34,688 nt of DNA, taken from assembly GCA_027062145.1 (NCBI GenBank), contig JAMOTX010000050.1, forward strand, positions 1 to 34,688, written 5' to 3'. The DNA is from Candidatus Altimarinota bacterium (GTDB taxonomy: Bacteria; Patescibacteriota; Gracilibacteria; BD1-5; UBA6164). Below, piece by piece: positions 23,992-34,688 of the stretch (within the stretch, counting starts at the first letter, position 1; every line of letters begins with the position of its first letter). Made by a program: the position numbers and the translations under genes. The notes below the pieces were generated by a model. That model ran no database searches. It was not told the origin of the DNA and saw only the letters and a list, made by a program, of their open reading frames with translations.

Positions 23992-24615
23992 ATGAAGACT
24001 AATTTATTCGATCAAAAAGGTAAATCAGTTTGAGAAATTGAACTAAGTGATTTAGTGTTTTGATTAGAACTTAATGAAGGACTTATTCACAGAGCTTTGG
24101 TATATCAACTAGCTAATAATAGAATGGTAGTTGCTCATACTAAAACAAGATGAGAAAGAAGAGGTTCAACAAGAAAGATTTATAGACAAAAAGGTACAGG
24201 TAGAGCTAGAATGGGTTCAAACAGATCTCCTATTAGGAAAAAAGGTTGAGTTGCATTCGGTCCTAGAAATACTGTAAACTTTACACTTTCTATGAATAAA
24301 AAAGAAAGAAGAAAAGCATTATTTAGTGTTTTATCTTCAAAACTAGCTAACAATGATTTAATCGTTTTAGATAAAATTGATTTCAAAGAAGCTAAAACAA
24401 AAAATATGGTAGAAGTTTTTACTAAACTACCTTATAATGAAAAAGTTTTATTAGCTATTCCAGCTAAAAATGAAATGATTGAAAAATCTGCTGCTAACAT
24501 ACCATATGTTAAAGCTATACTTGTAGATTATTTAAATATTAAAGATTTACTTAAATATAAAACATTAGTTTTATTAAAAGATTCTTTAGTTAATTTAGAT
24601 AAACTTACTAAATAA
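23992..24615 (+). CDS. rplD: 50S ribosomal protein L4
   Basis: HTKTRGERRGSTRKIYRQKGTGRARMGS; GGVAFGPR. Confidence 0.96.
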
Positions 24616-24637
24616 TTTACTCTAAAATATATAAAAT

Positions 24638-24934
24638 ATGAGAATTTTTAGAATTTTAAAAAAACCAATCACTACTGAAAAAACTTCAGTATTAGAGATG
24701 ACTAATAATACATATGTGTTTGAAGTTGATTCTAGTGCAACTAAAATTGATGTTAAAAAATCAGTTATGGAATTGTACAAAGTTGAGGTTGCTTCTGTTA
24801 ACACTTTACATACAAGAGAAAAATTTAAGTATGGAAAGAAGAGATGAATGCAATTAAGAAAAAGATCTACTAAAAAAGCTTATGTAACTTTAAAAGATGC
24901 AAAAGCTAAAATTGATTTTTCTGTTATAAAATAA
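24638..24934 (+). CDS. rplW: 50S ribosomal protein L23
   Basis: KKPITTEK; YVFEVD; KKAYVTLK. Confidence 0.95.
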
Positions 24935-24956
24935 TTATTTTTTAAAAATATTAACA

Positions 24957-25805
24957 GTGGGAATAAGAAAATTTAAACCTACCACTCCTGGTAGAAGATG
25001 AATGACAGTTAATACGTTTGAAGAAATTACTACTTCAACTCCGTATAAACCACTTACTATAAAATTAAAAAAACATTCAGGTAGATGAAATACTTGAAGA
25101 ATTACAGTAAGACACCAATGAGGTGGTCATGCACAAAGATATAGACTAGTTGATTTCTTCCAAGTTGATAAGAAAGGTATCGTAGCTAAAGTTGAAACTA
25201 TAGAATACGATCCATATAGATCAGCATGGATTTCACTAATCTGTTATAAAGATGGGGAAAGAAGATATGTTATTGCTAATACTGAAACTAAAGTTTGAGA
25301 TAAAGTAATTACTGATGATAAAACTCCACTTGAAACTGGTAATAGAATGTTAGTTGCTAACATTCCTACTGGATTACAAGTTTATAACTTAGAACTAATA
25401 GTTGGACATTGAGCTTCTACTATTAGATCTGCAGGTTCTTATGGTACAATCTTCTCACAAGAAGGTGAATACACTCAAATTAAGTTACCTTCAGGTGAAA
25501 TCAGATTAGTTAATAAGAAATGTTTCGCTACATTAGGTCAAGTATCTAACACTTACCATAACCAAGTTGTTATCGGTAAAGCAGGTAGATCTAGATGGAT
25601 GTGAATCAGACCAACTGTAAGATGAAAATCTATGAATCCAGTTGATCATCCACATGGTGGTTGAGAAGGAGCTTCACCAATTGGTATGAAAGCACCAAAA
25701 ACTCCATGGGGTATGCCAGCTTTAGGATACAAAACTAGAAAGAGAAAAAACACTACTTCTAAATGGATTTTAAAAGACAGAAAAGGTAAACTAATGAATA
25801 AATAG
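24957..25805 (+). CDS. rplB: 50S ribosomal protein L2 (GTG start)
   Basis: [38 protein letters not shown]. Confidence 0.96.
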
Positions 25806-25860
25806 TAAGAATTATTAATTTAATTCTTACTCTATAAACTATATAACATAAAACTAACTT

Positions 25861-26124
25861 ATGACAAGAAGTTTAAGAAAATGACCATTTATTGATGAAA
25901 GACTATTAAAAAAAGTTGTTACAATGAATGATTCATGAAAAAAAGGTGTAATTAAAACTTGGTCAAGAACATGTACTGTTATTCCTGAATTTGTTGGACA
26001 CACATTTGGTGTTCATAATGGGAAAGTACACACTCCAGTTTTTGTTACAGAAGATATGGTATGACATAAATTATGAGAATTTTCTATGACTAGAACATTC
26101 AGAGGTCATGCTTGAAAAAAATAG
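25861..26124 (+). CDS. rpsS: 30S ribosomal protein S19
   Basis: RSLRKGPF; IKTWSR; VHNGK; GHKLGEF. Confidence 0.96.
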
Positions 26125-26197
26125 GCCCACGAGTTAGATTTATCTAGCCATCCCTGAAAGACTGGGAAATAATTTATTATTATAGCCAAATTAGCTT

Positions 26198-26524
26198 ATG
26201 AAAGCATATTGAAAAAATATTAGAATTTCTCCAAAGAAATTAAGAGTTATTGCTGAAATTATTAGAGGACAAAATGTTTGAGAAGCGTTAAATTTCTTAA
26301 AATTTGCACCTAAAAAATGAGCAGATTTATTATATAAAATTTTAGCTTCTGCTATTGCAAATGCTGAAAATAATGACAATCAGAAAGCTGATACATTATA
26401 TATAAGTACTCTTATTATAAATAAATGAATTGTTTATAAAAGATGAAATGCAGTATCTAGAGGTAGATCTCATCCAATCTTAAAAAGAACTTCTAATATA
26501 AAATTAGAATTACAAGTAAAATAA
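26198..26524 (+). CDS. rplV: 50S ribosomal protein L22
   Basis: RISPKKLRVIAEIIRG; SAIANAENN; KRTSNI. Confidence 0.95.
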
Positions 26525-26588
26525 TTACTGGAAGAATAACTCCAAGAAATTAGAGTTATTAATTATAATTATTAATTAATAAAAAAAA

Positions 26589-27221
26589 ATGGGACATAAA
26601 GTTAATCCAATAGCATTTAGAATACCATATATTAAAACATGGAAATCTACTTGGTATGAAGATAAAAAAACATATAAAGACTCTTTAGGACTAGATGTAA
26701 AAGCTAGAACTATATTATCGAAAGAATTAACTTGAATTCCTCTAGGGGATGTTCTAGTTGCAAGAAATTCTAATATGATTGAAATAGTTGTTTACACAGC
26801 TAAAGCATCATTAATTCTTGGTAAAACTTGAGAAAATAAAGAAAGATTACAAACTTTATTAACTAGAAAACTTTGAACAAGTGTTAGTTTAGAAATTAGA
26901 GATATTAAAAACCCTGATTTAAATGCTAAAATTGTTTGATTCAACGTAGCAAATCAAATAGAAAAAAGAATGCCTTATAAAAGAGCAATCAAACAAGCTA
27001 TTCAAAAAACTATGGAAAAAGGTGCTAAATGAATCAAAATCAAAGTTGGTTGAAGACTTAATTGAGCTGAAATCGCTAGAAAAGAAACATTTAAAGAAGG
27101 TAATATTCCTACACAAACAATTAGAGCTGACATAGATTATTGTACTGTTAGAGCTGAAACTGTTTATGGAACTATCGGACTTAAAGTATGGATCTATAAA
27201 GGAGACATTTATAAAAAATAA
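26589..27221 (+). CDS. rpsC: 30S ribosomal protein S3
   Basis: [42 protein letters not shown]. Confidence 0.96.
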
Positions 27222-27267
27222 AAAATTTGACAAACCAGATTTTTTTATATACTAATTGTACTAAAAA

Positions 27268-27672
27268 ATGTTACAACCAAAGAAAACTAAATATAGAAAA
27301 ACCTTTAGATGAAGATTAAAAGGGAAGGCTATTAAAGGATCTACTATTGCATTCGGTGATTACGCTATGAAATGTACTACTAGATGATTTATAACTTCTA
27401 GACAAATAGAATCTTCGAGAAGAGCTATGGTTAGAGCGCTTAAAAGATGAGGTAAAGTTTGGATAAGAATTTTTCCTGACAAAGCTTTTACTGCTAAACC
27501 ACTAGAAGTCCCAATGGGTTGAGGTAAATGATCTGTAGAAATGTATAGAGCTCCTGTAAAACCTGGTAGAGTGTTATTTGAAATAACATGAGTTACACCA
27601 GAAGTTGCAAGGGAAGCTTTTAGACTGGCTTCTTACAAATTGCCTGTTAAAACTAAAATAATAGTTGATTAA
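27268..27672 (+). CDS. rplP: 50S ribosomal protein L16
   Basis: MLQPKKTKYRK; VWIRIFPDK; MGGGKG; KLPVKT. Confidence 0.96.
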
Positions 27673-27683
27673 TCATTTTAAAA

Positions 27684-27908
27684 ATGAAAGAAATAAAAGA
27701 TTTAAAACTACAAGAATTAGGAAAACTTATAGAATTAGACGAGAAAGGTTTAAGAACTGAACTTACTAAATCATCAAGAGAATTATTTTCTTTAAGAATG
27801 AAAAAAGAAGTTGGTGAATTAAAACAAACTCATTTAATAAAAGCTTTAAGAAGATATATAGCACAAATTAATACTGTTGCTACTTCTAAAGGATTAAATA
27901 TAGGTTAA
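27684..27908 (+). CDS. rpmC: 50S ribosomal protein L29
   Basis: ELFSLRMK...LKQTHLIKALRRYIAQINT; position after rplP. Confidence 0.92.
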   Translation: MKEIKDLKLQELGKLIELDEKGLRTELTKSSRELFSLRMKKEVGELKQTHLIKALRRYIAQINTVATSKGLNIG

Positions 27909-27931
27909 TTATTTTTAATTAAACAAAGTTT

Positions 27932-28159
27932 ATGAGAACTAAAAAAGGTGTTGTTACAAGCAACAAAATGGATAAAACAGTTGTTGTGTCTGTACATACT
28001 TATAAAAGTGATTCTAAATATAAAAAAAGATTTAGAGTAACTAAAAAGTTTTATGCACATGATGAAGATAATACTTGCTCTATTTGAGATCAAGTATTAA
28101 TTAAAGAAACTAGACCAACTTCTAAATTAAAAAGATGGGATTTAGTTGAAAAAATATAG
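27932..28159 (+). CDS. rpsQ: 30S ribosomal protein S17
   Basis: GVVTSNKMDKTVVV; AHDE; ETRPTSKLKRW. Confidence 0.95.
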
Positions 28160-28189
28160 TTAATTTTAACTTTTAAGAATTGATATCTT

Positions 28190-28558
28190 ATGATACAAAC
28201 AGAATCAAGACTAGCTGTTACTGATAACTCTTGAGCTAAAGAAGTATTATGTATTAAAGTGCTTTGAGGTTCACATAGAAGATATGCTTCTATTTGAGAT
28301 ATTATCGTTTGTACTGTTAAAAAAGCTGCTCCAGATGGAGTAGTTAAAAAGAAAAAAGTAGTAAAAGCTGTAGTAGTTAGAACTTCTAAAGAAGTAAGAA
28401 GAAAAGATGGTTCATATGTTAGATTTGATGATAACGCTTGCGTAATTATTGATGATAATAATGCTCCAAAAGGAACTCGTATTTTTGGGCCTGTTGCAAG
28501 AGAATTAAAAGCAAAAGGTTTTCAAAAAATTATGAGTTTAGCTCCAGAAGTTTTATAA
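28190..28558 (+). CDS. rplN: 50S ribosomal protein L14
   Basis: [39 protein letters not shown]. Confidence 0.97.
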
Positions 28559-28575
28559 TTAATATTAATAAAATT

Positions 28576-28926
28576 ATGAAAATTAGAACTTGAGATAAAG
28601 TTATAGTTATGTCTGGTAAAGAAAAAGACAGAGGTCAAGAAGCCGAAGTTTTAAAAGTATTTACTGATACAAATAAAATCATTGTAAAATGAATTAATGT
28701 TGTAACTAGACATTTAAAAAAACAATGAACTACTCCTGGTCAAATTGTTAAATTGGAAAAAGCTATCGATGCATCTAATGTAATGTTAGTTTGTCCATTT
28801 ACAAAAAAAGGAACAAGAGTTTGATTTGTTAAAATTGAAGAAAAAGGAACAAGTAAAAAATTTAGATTTTCAAAAATTGCCTTAAAAGAAAATGGATGAG
28901 AAGCTAAAAAATATATTATAAAATAG
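28576..28926 (+). CDS. rplX: 50S ribosomal protein L24
   Basis: MKIRTGDKVIVMSGK; VKGINV; IDASNV. Confidence 0.95.
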
Positions 28927-28958
28927 TTTATAATTTACTTATATTATAAATATAAAAA

Positions 28959-29495
28959 ATGTTAAAAGAAAAATATTTAAAAGAAATGGTTCCAGCTCTA
29001 AAAGAAAAACTAGAAATTGCTAATATTATGGAAATTCCTAAATTAGAAAAAGTAGTTTTAAATATGTGAATTTGAACATATGTTAGATCTGGTAATAAAG
29101 ATTTCTCATCTTTACAAGAACACTTATCATTAATTGCAGGTCAAGCTTGTACTGTTAGATATGCTAAAAAAGCAATATCAAACTTTAAATTAAGAGCTGG
29201 TATGCCAGTTGGTTTAAGTGTTACTCTAAGAGGAGATGCTATGTACAATTTCTTAGAAAAACTTATCAATGTTGTTTTACCTAGAGTAAGAGATTTTAGA
29301 TGAGTTAGTAAAAAAGGATTTGATAATCAAGGTAATTATAATTTCGGTATTAAAGAACATTCTATATTTTTAGAAATTCCTCAAAACGATGTTATAAAAA
29401 ATCATGGTTTACAAATTACAGTTAAAACAACTGCTAAAAACAAAGAAGCTTGAAGAGAATTATTAACACAAATGGGATTCCCTTTTGCTAAATAA
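28959..29495 (+). CDS. rplE: 50S ribosomal protein L5
   Basis: [39 protein letters not shown]. Confidence 0.96.
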
Positions 29496-29521
29496 AAGTT
29501 TACTTTAATAAGAACAAAAAA

Positions 29522-29746
29522 ATGGCTAGAAAGGCTAAAATTGCTAAAGCAAATAGATTAAAAAAGACATTTTTACAAGCTATTGCTGATGGTAGAAAAC
29601 CTAAAGAAGCTACAAAAGTATATAACTGTTGTAGTATCTGTGGTAGAACTAGATGATATCTTGGTAAATTTGATATTTGTAGAATTTGTTTTAGAGAAAA
29701 AGCTAATGCTTGAGAATTACCAGGTGTTAGAAAATCTAGTTGGTAA
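29522..29746 (+). CDS. rpsN: 30S ribosomal protein S14, Zn-binding (C+) type, 74 aa
   Basis: CSICGR...ICRICFRE...LPGVRKSSW. Confidence 0.95.
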
Positions 29747-29788
29747 GAGAGAAATAGTTAAATAAATTTATTTATTAATTCATATGTT

Positions 29789-30184
29789 ATGATAATAGAT
29801 CCAATCGGAGATTTATTAACAAGAATTAGAAATGCATATATGGCTAGAATTATTGAAGTTAAACTTCCTTATTCTAAATTAAAAGCTGATATTGCAAAAA
29901 TTCTTAAGAAAAATAAATATATTGTTGATTTCGAAATTATTGACGAATGAAACAATAAAAAATCAATCGGGCTTACTTTAAATGACGTAAGAACTACTAA
30001 GTATGTTCCTACAATGTCAAGAATTAGTAAACCAGGTCAAAGAATCTATATCTGAGCAAAAGATATTAGAAAATCAAGAAATGGTCATGGTATCTATATT
30101 GTTTCAACTCCAAAAGGTGTTGTTACTGGGTACGAAGCTAGAAGTTTAAATGTTGGTGGTGAATTACTTTGCGAAGTATATTAA
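29789..30184 (+). CDS. rpsH: 30S ribosomal protein S8
   Basis: [35 protein letters not shown]. Confidence 0.96.
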
Positions 30185-30256
30185 TCATTTAATATTATAA
30201 ACGAGAAATGATTTATATATCATTGTTCCGATTTATATTAATAATTACAAGAAAAA

Positions 30257-30796
30257 ATGTCAAGAATTGGTAAAATGCCTATTGTAATACTAGAAAAAGT
30301 TGATGTAACTATAGTTGACAACAACATTAAAGTTAAAGGGCCATTATGAGAATTATCTTTTGATTTTTCATCAAAAGTGAAAGTTTCTAAAGAAGAAAAT
30401 TCTATAATTGTTACTCCAGTAGATGATTCTGCTAGTGCTTTATGGGGTACAACTAGATCAATTATTAATAACTTAGTTATTTGAGTTACTGAAGGTTACA
30501 AAAAAAGTTTAGAAATCATTTGAGTTGGTTATAAATTTGAAGTTTCTGGAGATAAACTTATATTAAGTATTGGTTTTTCACATAAAGTTAATGTCGCTAT
30601 TCCTGCAGGTTTAAAAGTTGCAATGGATGAGAAAGCTAAAAATATTATACATATTTCTGGTGTAGATAAACAACTTGTATGAGAATTTGCTTCTAAAATT
30701 AGAGCAAAAAAGAAACCAGAACCGTATAAAGGTAAATGAATCAAATATGTTTGAGAACATATTAAGAGAAAAGCCGGTAAAACAGGTTCTAAATAA
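30257..30796 (+). CDS. rplF: 50S ribosomal protein L6
   Basis: MSRIGKMPI; VKGPLG; GVGYK; PEPYKGKG; RKAGK. Confidence 0.96.
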
Positions 30797-30823
30797 AATA
30801 TTTAACTGATAATAATTGAAAAA

Positions 30824-31168
30824 ATGTTACAAAAAACATTAAAAAGATTAAGAAGAAAAAATAGAATCAGATCTAAAATAAGTTGAACTGCTAGTAGACC
30901 AAGATTAGCTGTATATAGAAGTAATAAAAACATCTATGCACAATTAATTGATGATAACTCTGGTGTAACATTAACTTCTTTTTCAGATTTAAAACTTGAT
31001 AACTCAGGTACTAAAACTGAAATGGCTACAAAAGTAGGTGAAGAAATGGCACAAAAAGTTTTAGACTTAAAAATAACTGAAATTCTATTTGATAGAGGTT
31101 GATTTGCTTACCACGGTAGAGTTAAAGCTTTAGCTGAAGGTATGAGAGCAAAAGGACTTAAATTTTAA
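30824..31168 (+). CDS. rplR: 50S ribosomal protein L18
   Basis: RPRLAVYRSNKNIYAQLIDD; FDRGGFAYHGRVKALAEG. Confidence 0.96.
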
Positions 31169-31187
31169 TTAATTAATACTAATAAGT

Positions 31188-31664
31188 ATGGCTTTTTCTG
31201 GAAAAGACAATAGAAAATGATGAAAATTTCAAAAACCAAAAAAAGAGTTCAAAGAAGAATTACTTGCTATTGATAGAGTAACTAGAGTTACTTCATGAGG
31301 TAGACAATTAAGATTCAGAGCTGTTATGGTTATTTGAGATGGAAAAGGTAGAGTTGCATTAGGAACTTGAAAATCTTGGGAAGTAGTTGATGCAATTGCT
31401 AAATCAATAGCTGATGCTAAGAAAAATCTAACTAATGTTAGAATTGAAAAAGGTACTGTTCCTTATAATTTAGAAGCTAAATATAAAGCTGCTAAAATTA
31501 TGGTTCACCCTGCTTCAGAAGGTACATGAATTATTGCGGGTTGAGCTGCCAGAAAAGTATTGATGGTTGCTTGATATAAAGATATTCTTGCAAAAAGATA
31601 TGGTTCTTCTAACCTAATTAATAATGCAAGAGCTACAATAAAAGCTTTATCTTCATTTAAATAA
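31188..31664 (+). CDS. rpsE: 30S ribosomal protein S5
   Basis: RVTRVTSGGR; GDGKG; PASEGTGIIAGG; GSSN. Confidence 0.96.
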
Positions 31665-31755
31665 TAAATAATATGTTGCTTTGGAACTTTAACTTGGAAT
31701 ATTTCTTAGTTAATTTCTAAAGTAACATTATATATATAAATAACCTTAATATTTT

Positions 31756-32211
31756 ATGTTATCTTTAACAAATTTAAAACCTAACAAAGGATCTAGAAAA
31801 ACTTTCAAGAGACTTGGTAGAGGTAATGGTTCAGGTAAATGAACTTATTGTGGTAGAGGTTGTAATGGTCAAAATTGTAGATCAGGTGGTTGAGTAGCTG
31901 CTTGGTTTGAATGAGGACAAACTCCTTTATTTAGAAGAATGCCTAAATTAAAAGGTTTCTCTAACGCAAAATTTAAAACTATTTATAATGTTATTAATAT
32001 TTCTGATTTAGCTAAATTAGCTGAAAAAGGTATTACAACTATAAATAAAGAAGTATTACTAGAAAATAATATAGTTAGAAGAAAAACTCTTCCAATTAAA
32101 TTATTAGGTCAAGGTGAATTAACTGCTAAAGTTACTGTTACTGTTGATAAAGCTTCTGCTATTGCTAAAGAAGCAATAGAAAAAGCTGGAGGTAAACTTG
32201 AAACTAAATAA
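31756..32211 (+). CDS. rplO: 50S ribosomal protein L15
   Basis: RLGRGNGSGKG; FEGGQTPLFRRMPK; AIEKAGG. Confidence 0.96.
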
Positions 32212-32215
32212 TATT

Positions 32216-32257
32216 AAGAAAAACCCGTGCTTTTAAGTTTGGGTTTTTCTTTTTTTT
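32216..32257 (+). terminator. Terminator-like hairpin between rplO and secY
   Basis: aagaaaaaccc...gggtttttctt followed by a T-run. Confidence 0.7.
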
Positions 32258-32298
32258 ATGTATAATATATTTAATTAATTTTATAAATATTTATAAAT

Positions 32299-33567
32299 AT
32301 GCTACATAGTATAAAATCGGTATTTGAAAATAAAAATATCAAAAAAAAGATTATAGCTACTCTACTTTTAGTGTTAGTTTATAAATTATTAGCAGTAATA
32401 CCAGTTTATGGTGTTGATACTTCTAAATTAGCTGCTATTATGGAAGCTAATAAAGGATTATCTTTTTTTAGTGCTTTAATGTGAGGTTGATTATCTAATT
32501 TTTCAATTATCTTAATGGGACTTTCTCCATACATTAATGCTATGATCATAATACAATTATTAGGAGTAATTGTTCCCAAAATTGGTGATTTACAAAAAGA
32601 AGGTGATGCAGGTCAAAGAAAAATTACAAAATATACTAGATGGTTAACTCTACCTTTAGCTTTTGTTCAATCATACTGAATGATTGTTTTAATGAATAGT
32701 TTAGCTTCAGGAACTATTATAGATATTTCTAATACTCAAACTGTATTAATGGCTATGACTATTATTACTGCTTGAACAATTTTCTTAATGTGGTTATGAG
32801 AAGTAATGACAGAAAATGGTATTTGAAATGGTATTAGTATAATTATTACTGCTTGAGTATTATCAGCAGTTCCAGGTTCTATTATGGGTCATATTTCATG
32901 AGGTGATTATCCTTTATTTGTATGATTGATAATTGCAACATTATTAATAATTTACGTTATTATTAAGTTTACTGAGGGTAATAGAAGAATTCCACTTATT
33001 TATACAAGAACAGGAAGAGAAGAAAAATCTTATTTTCCAATTAGAATAAATCAAGCAGGTATGATTCCAATTATCTTTGCAGTATCATTAGTTACATTTC
33101 CAGCTATTATTGGTCAAATTTTAACATGAGATGGCTCAGGTGCTACAGCTACTTCAATAGGTAATTTCTTATTGACTTACTTTAGTATGACTAATCCTTC
33201 TTGGTATTTCATTGCAGTATACTTTTTATTAGTATTAGGGTTTTCTTTCTTTTATGTATCTATTACATTTAATACAGAAAATGTTGCTGAAAGTATTCAA
33301 AAAAGAGGTGGTTATATTCCTGGTATTAGACCTGGTTCTGATACAGCAGATTATTTAACTAAAGTTTCAGATCATTTAAATTTATTTGGTGGTTGATTCT
33401 TAGCTTTAATTGCTGTATTGCCATATATTATGTCTAAATTCATGGGGCAATCAGTAGATTTTATTATCTCTGCTGCGTGATTAATAATTATAGTTTCTGT
33501 TATTCTTGATATAGTAAGAAAAACGGATGCTGAAATGAAAATGCAAGATTATAGTAAATTCAATTAA
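32299..33567 (+). CDS. secY: Preprotein translocase subunit SecY
   Basis: FSIILMGLSPYINA; GIGNGISII; NQAGMIPIIFA; GGYIPGIRPG. Confidence 0.97.
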
Positions 33568-33570
33568 TAT

Positions 33571-33605
33571 AAAAAAAAGAACTTCACATATGAAGTTCTT
33601 TTTTT
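33571..33605. terminator. Bidirectional terminator between secY and def
   Basis: aaaaaaagaacttca-cata-tgaagttcttttttt. Confidence 0.85.
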
Positions 33606-34080
33606 ATTTTAAATAATCAATAAATAATTTTCCATTCACATGATCTATTTCATGTTGAACAATTCTTGCAGGTAATCATTCTAGAATTAGTGTTTTTTTA
33701 GTCTTTTTTTCGTCCTGATAGTTTAGTTTTATCTTTGTAGGTCTTTTTACCTCTCATTTAACTCAAGGTATAGATAAACATCATTCTGATTCGATATCAG
33801 TTTCTTTTCAAAATTCTAATATTTCAGGATTTAAAAGCATTATAGTTTTAAAACTTTCATCATCCCGGTCATTAAGCATACTTACAACTACTAATTTTAT
33901 ACCATGTCATATTTGAGGTGCAGCTAAACCTACTCATCAATTATCAGGATTTTTAATATACTTAATCATATTTTTACCTAACTTCACAGCTTGCTTAAAA
34001 TCTTTATCTAGTATTTTAGATGCTGGAGTTCTAAGTATTGGATTATTTTCTCAAGTTTCTATTTTAAACATTATTTTCAT
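33604..34080 (-). CDS. def: Peptide deformylase (alternative start at 34071)
   Basis: GVGLAAPQI; EG(TGA)CLSIPG; QHEIDH. Confidence 0.95.
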
Positions 34081-34106
34081 TTAATATTAATTTTCTTTAT
34101 TATAAC

Positions 34107-34136
34107 AAAAAAGACTAGTTTGACTAGTCTTTTTTT
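34107..34136 (-). terminator. Terminator containing the clp stop codon
   Basis: aaaaaagactagt-ttg-actagtcttttttt. Confidence 0.75.
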
Positions 34137-34688
34137 ACTATTAAATTTCATTTGTTATCTATATCTAAAATGATACTATCTCAGCTATTTACTTCTCAAT
34201 TTAATAATTTAATTGATAATTGGTTATTTATAGTGTTTGTAATTGCTCTTTTTAATGGTCTTGCTCCAAATTCTGGATCATAACCTGTTTTTGCAATATA
34301 TTTTTTAAGTGCATCTGTAAATTCTACTTTTATTCATTTTACTTCTAATAATTTAGATACATCTTGTAATAATATATCGATAATTCAAACTATTACATTT
34401 TCATCAAGTTTATTAAATTTTACTATATCATCTATTCTATTTAAGAATTCTGGTCTAAAGAAAGTTTTTAAATTTTCTTCTTTAATATTAGAAGTCATAA
34501 TAATAATAGTATTTTTGAAATCTACAGTTCTTCATTTACTATCTGTTAACCTACCATCATCTAATACTTGTAAAAGAGTATTAAACACATCTGGATGAGC
34601 TTTTTCAACTTCGTCAAATAATATTACACTATACGGTTTTCTTCTAACAGCTTCTGTTAATTGACCCCCTTCTTCATGTCATACATAT
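34124..34688 (-). CDS. ClpB/ClpC AAA+ chaperone, 3' part (5' end outside the window)
   Basis: [58 protein letters not shown]. Confidence 0.93.

Noticed and set aside
29784..29795. ATG-TTA-TGA-TAA mini-ORF overlapping the rpsH start
   Set aside because: Easily arises by chance in AT-rich DNA; no supporting signal
23493..30744. Minus-strand and off-frame ORFs within the ribosomal cluster, including 29583-29765
   Set aside because: They overlap unambiguous ribosomal protein genes

Overview
Very AT-rich bacterial chromosomal segment that must be read with genetic code 25 (UGA=Gly). In-frame TGA sits at invariant Gly positions of MutL, GatA, EF-G, PDF and ribosomal proteins, while TGG remains Trp. 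Together with the absence of rpmD (L30), this points to a Gracilibacteria/Absconditabacteria-type CPR genome (inference). The supplied code-11 ORF track therefore shows only fragments; re-read by hand, the window is almost fully coding. Left part: mutL, rplS, gatA, comEC, an Lgt-like protein, ndk, efp, rny, an orphan fusA, a standalone RelA/SpoT-type HD hydrolase, prmC, a wecA-pilin-fmt-ABC permease run, pheS and several hypotheticals. Right part: an S10/spc ribosomal cluster starting at rplC (no rpsJ, no rpmD) and ending at secY, then def and the 3' end of clpB/C. No tRNA, rRNA, CRISPR array or transposase was seen. Best leads for novelty are a nested structured RNA leader ending in a U-tract before fusA, a ~260-nt multi-hairpin element before rny, a repeated 16-bp -35/-10 promoter spacing, an Lgt homologue lacking catalytic residues, an MGRG-loop EF-P, and a small SD-led orphan gene. 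All coordinates and folds were derived by hand; no searches were run.
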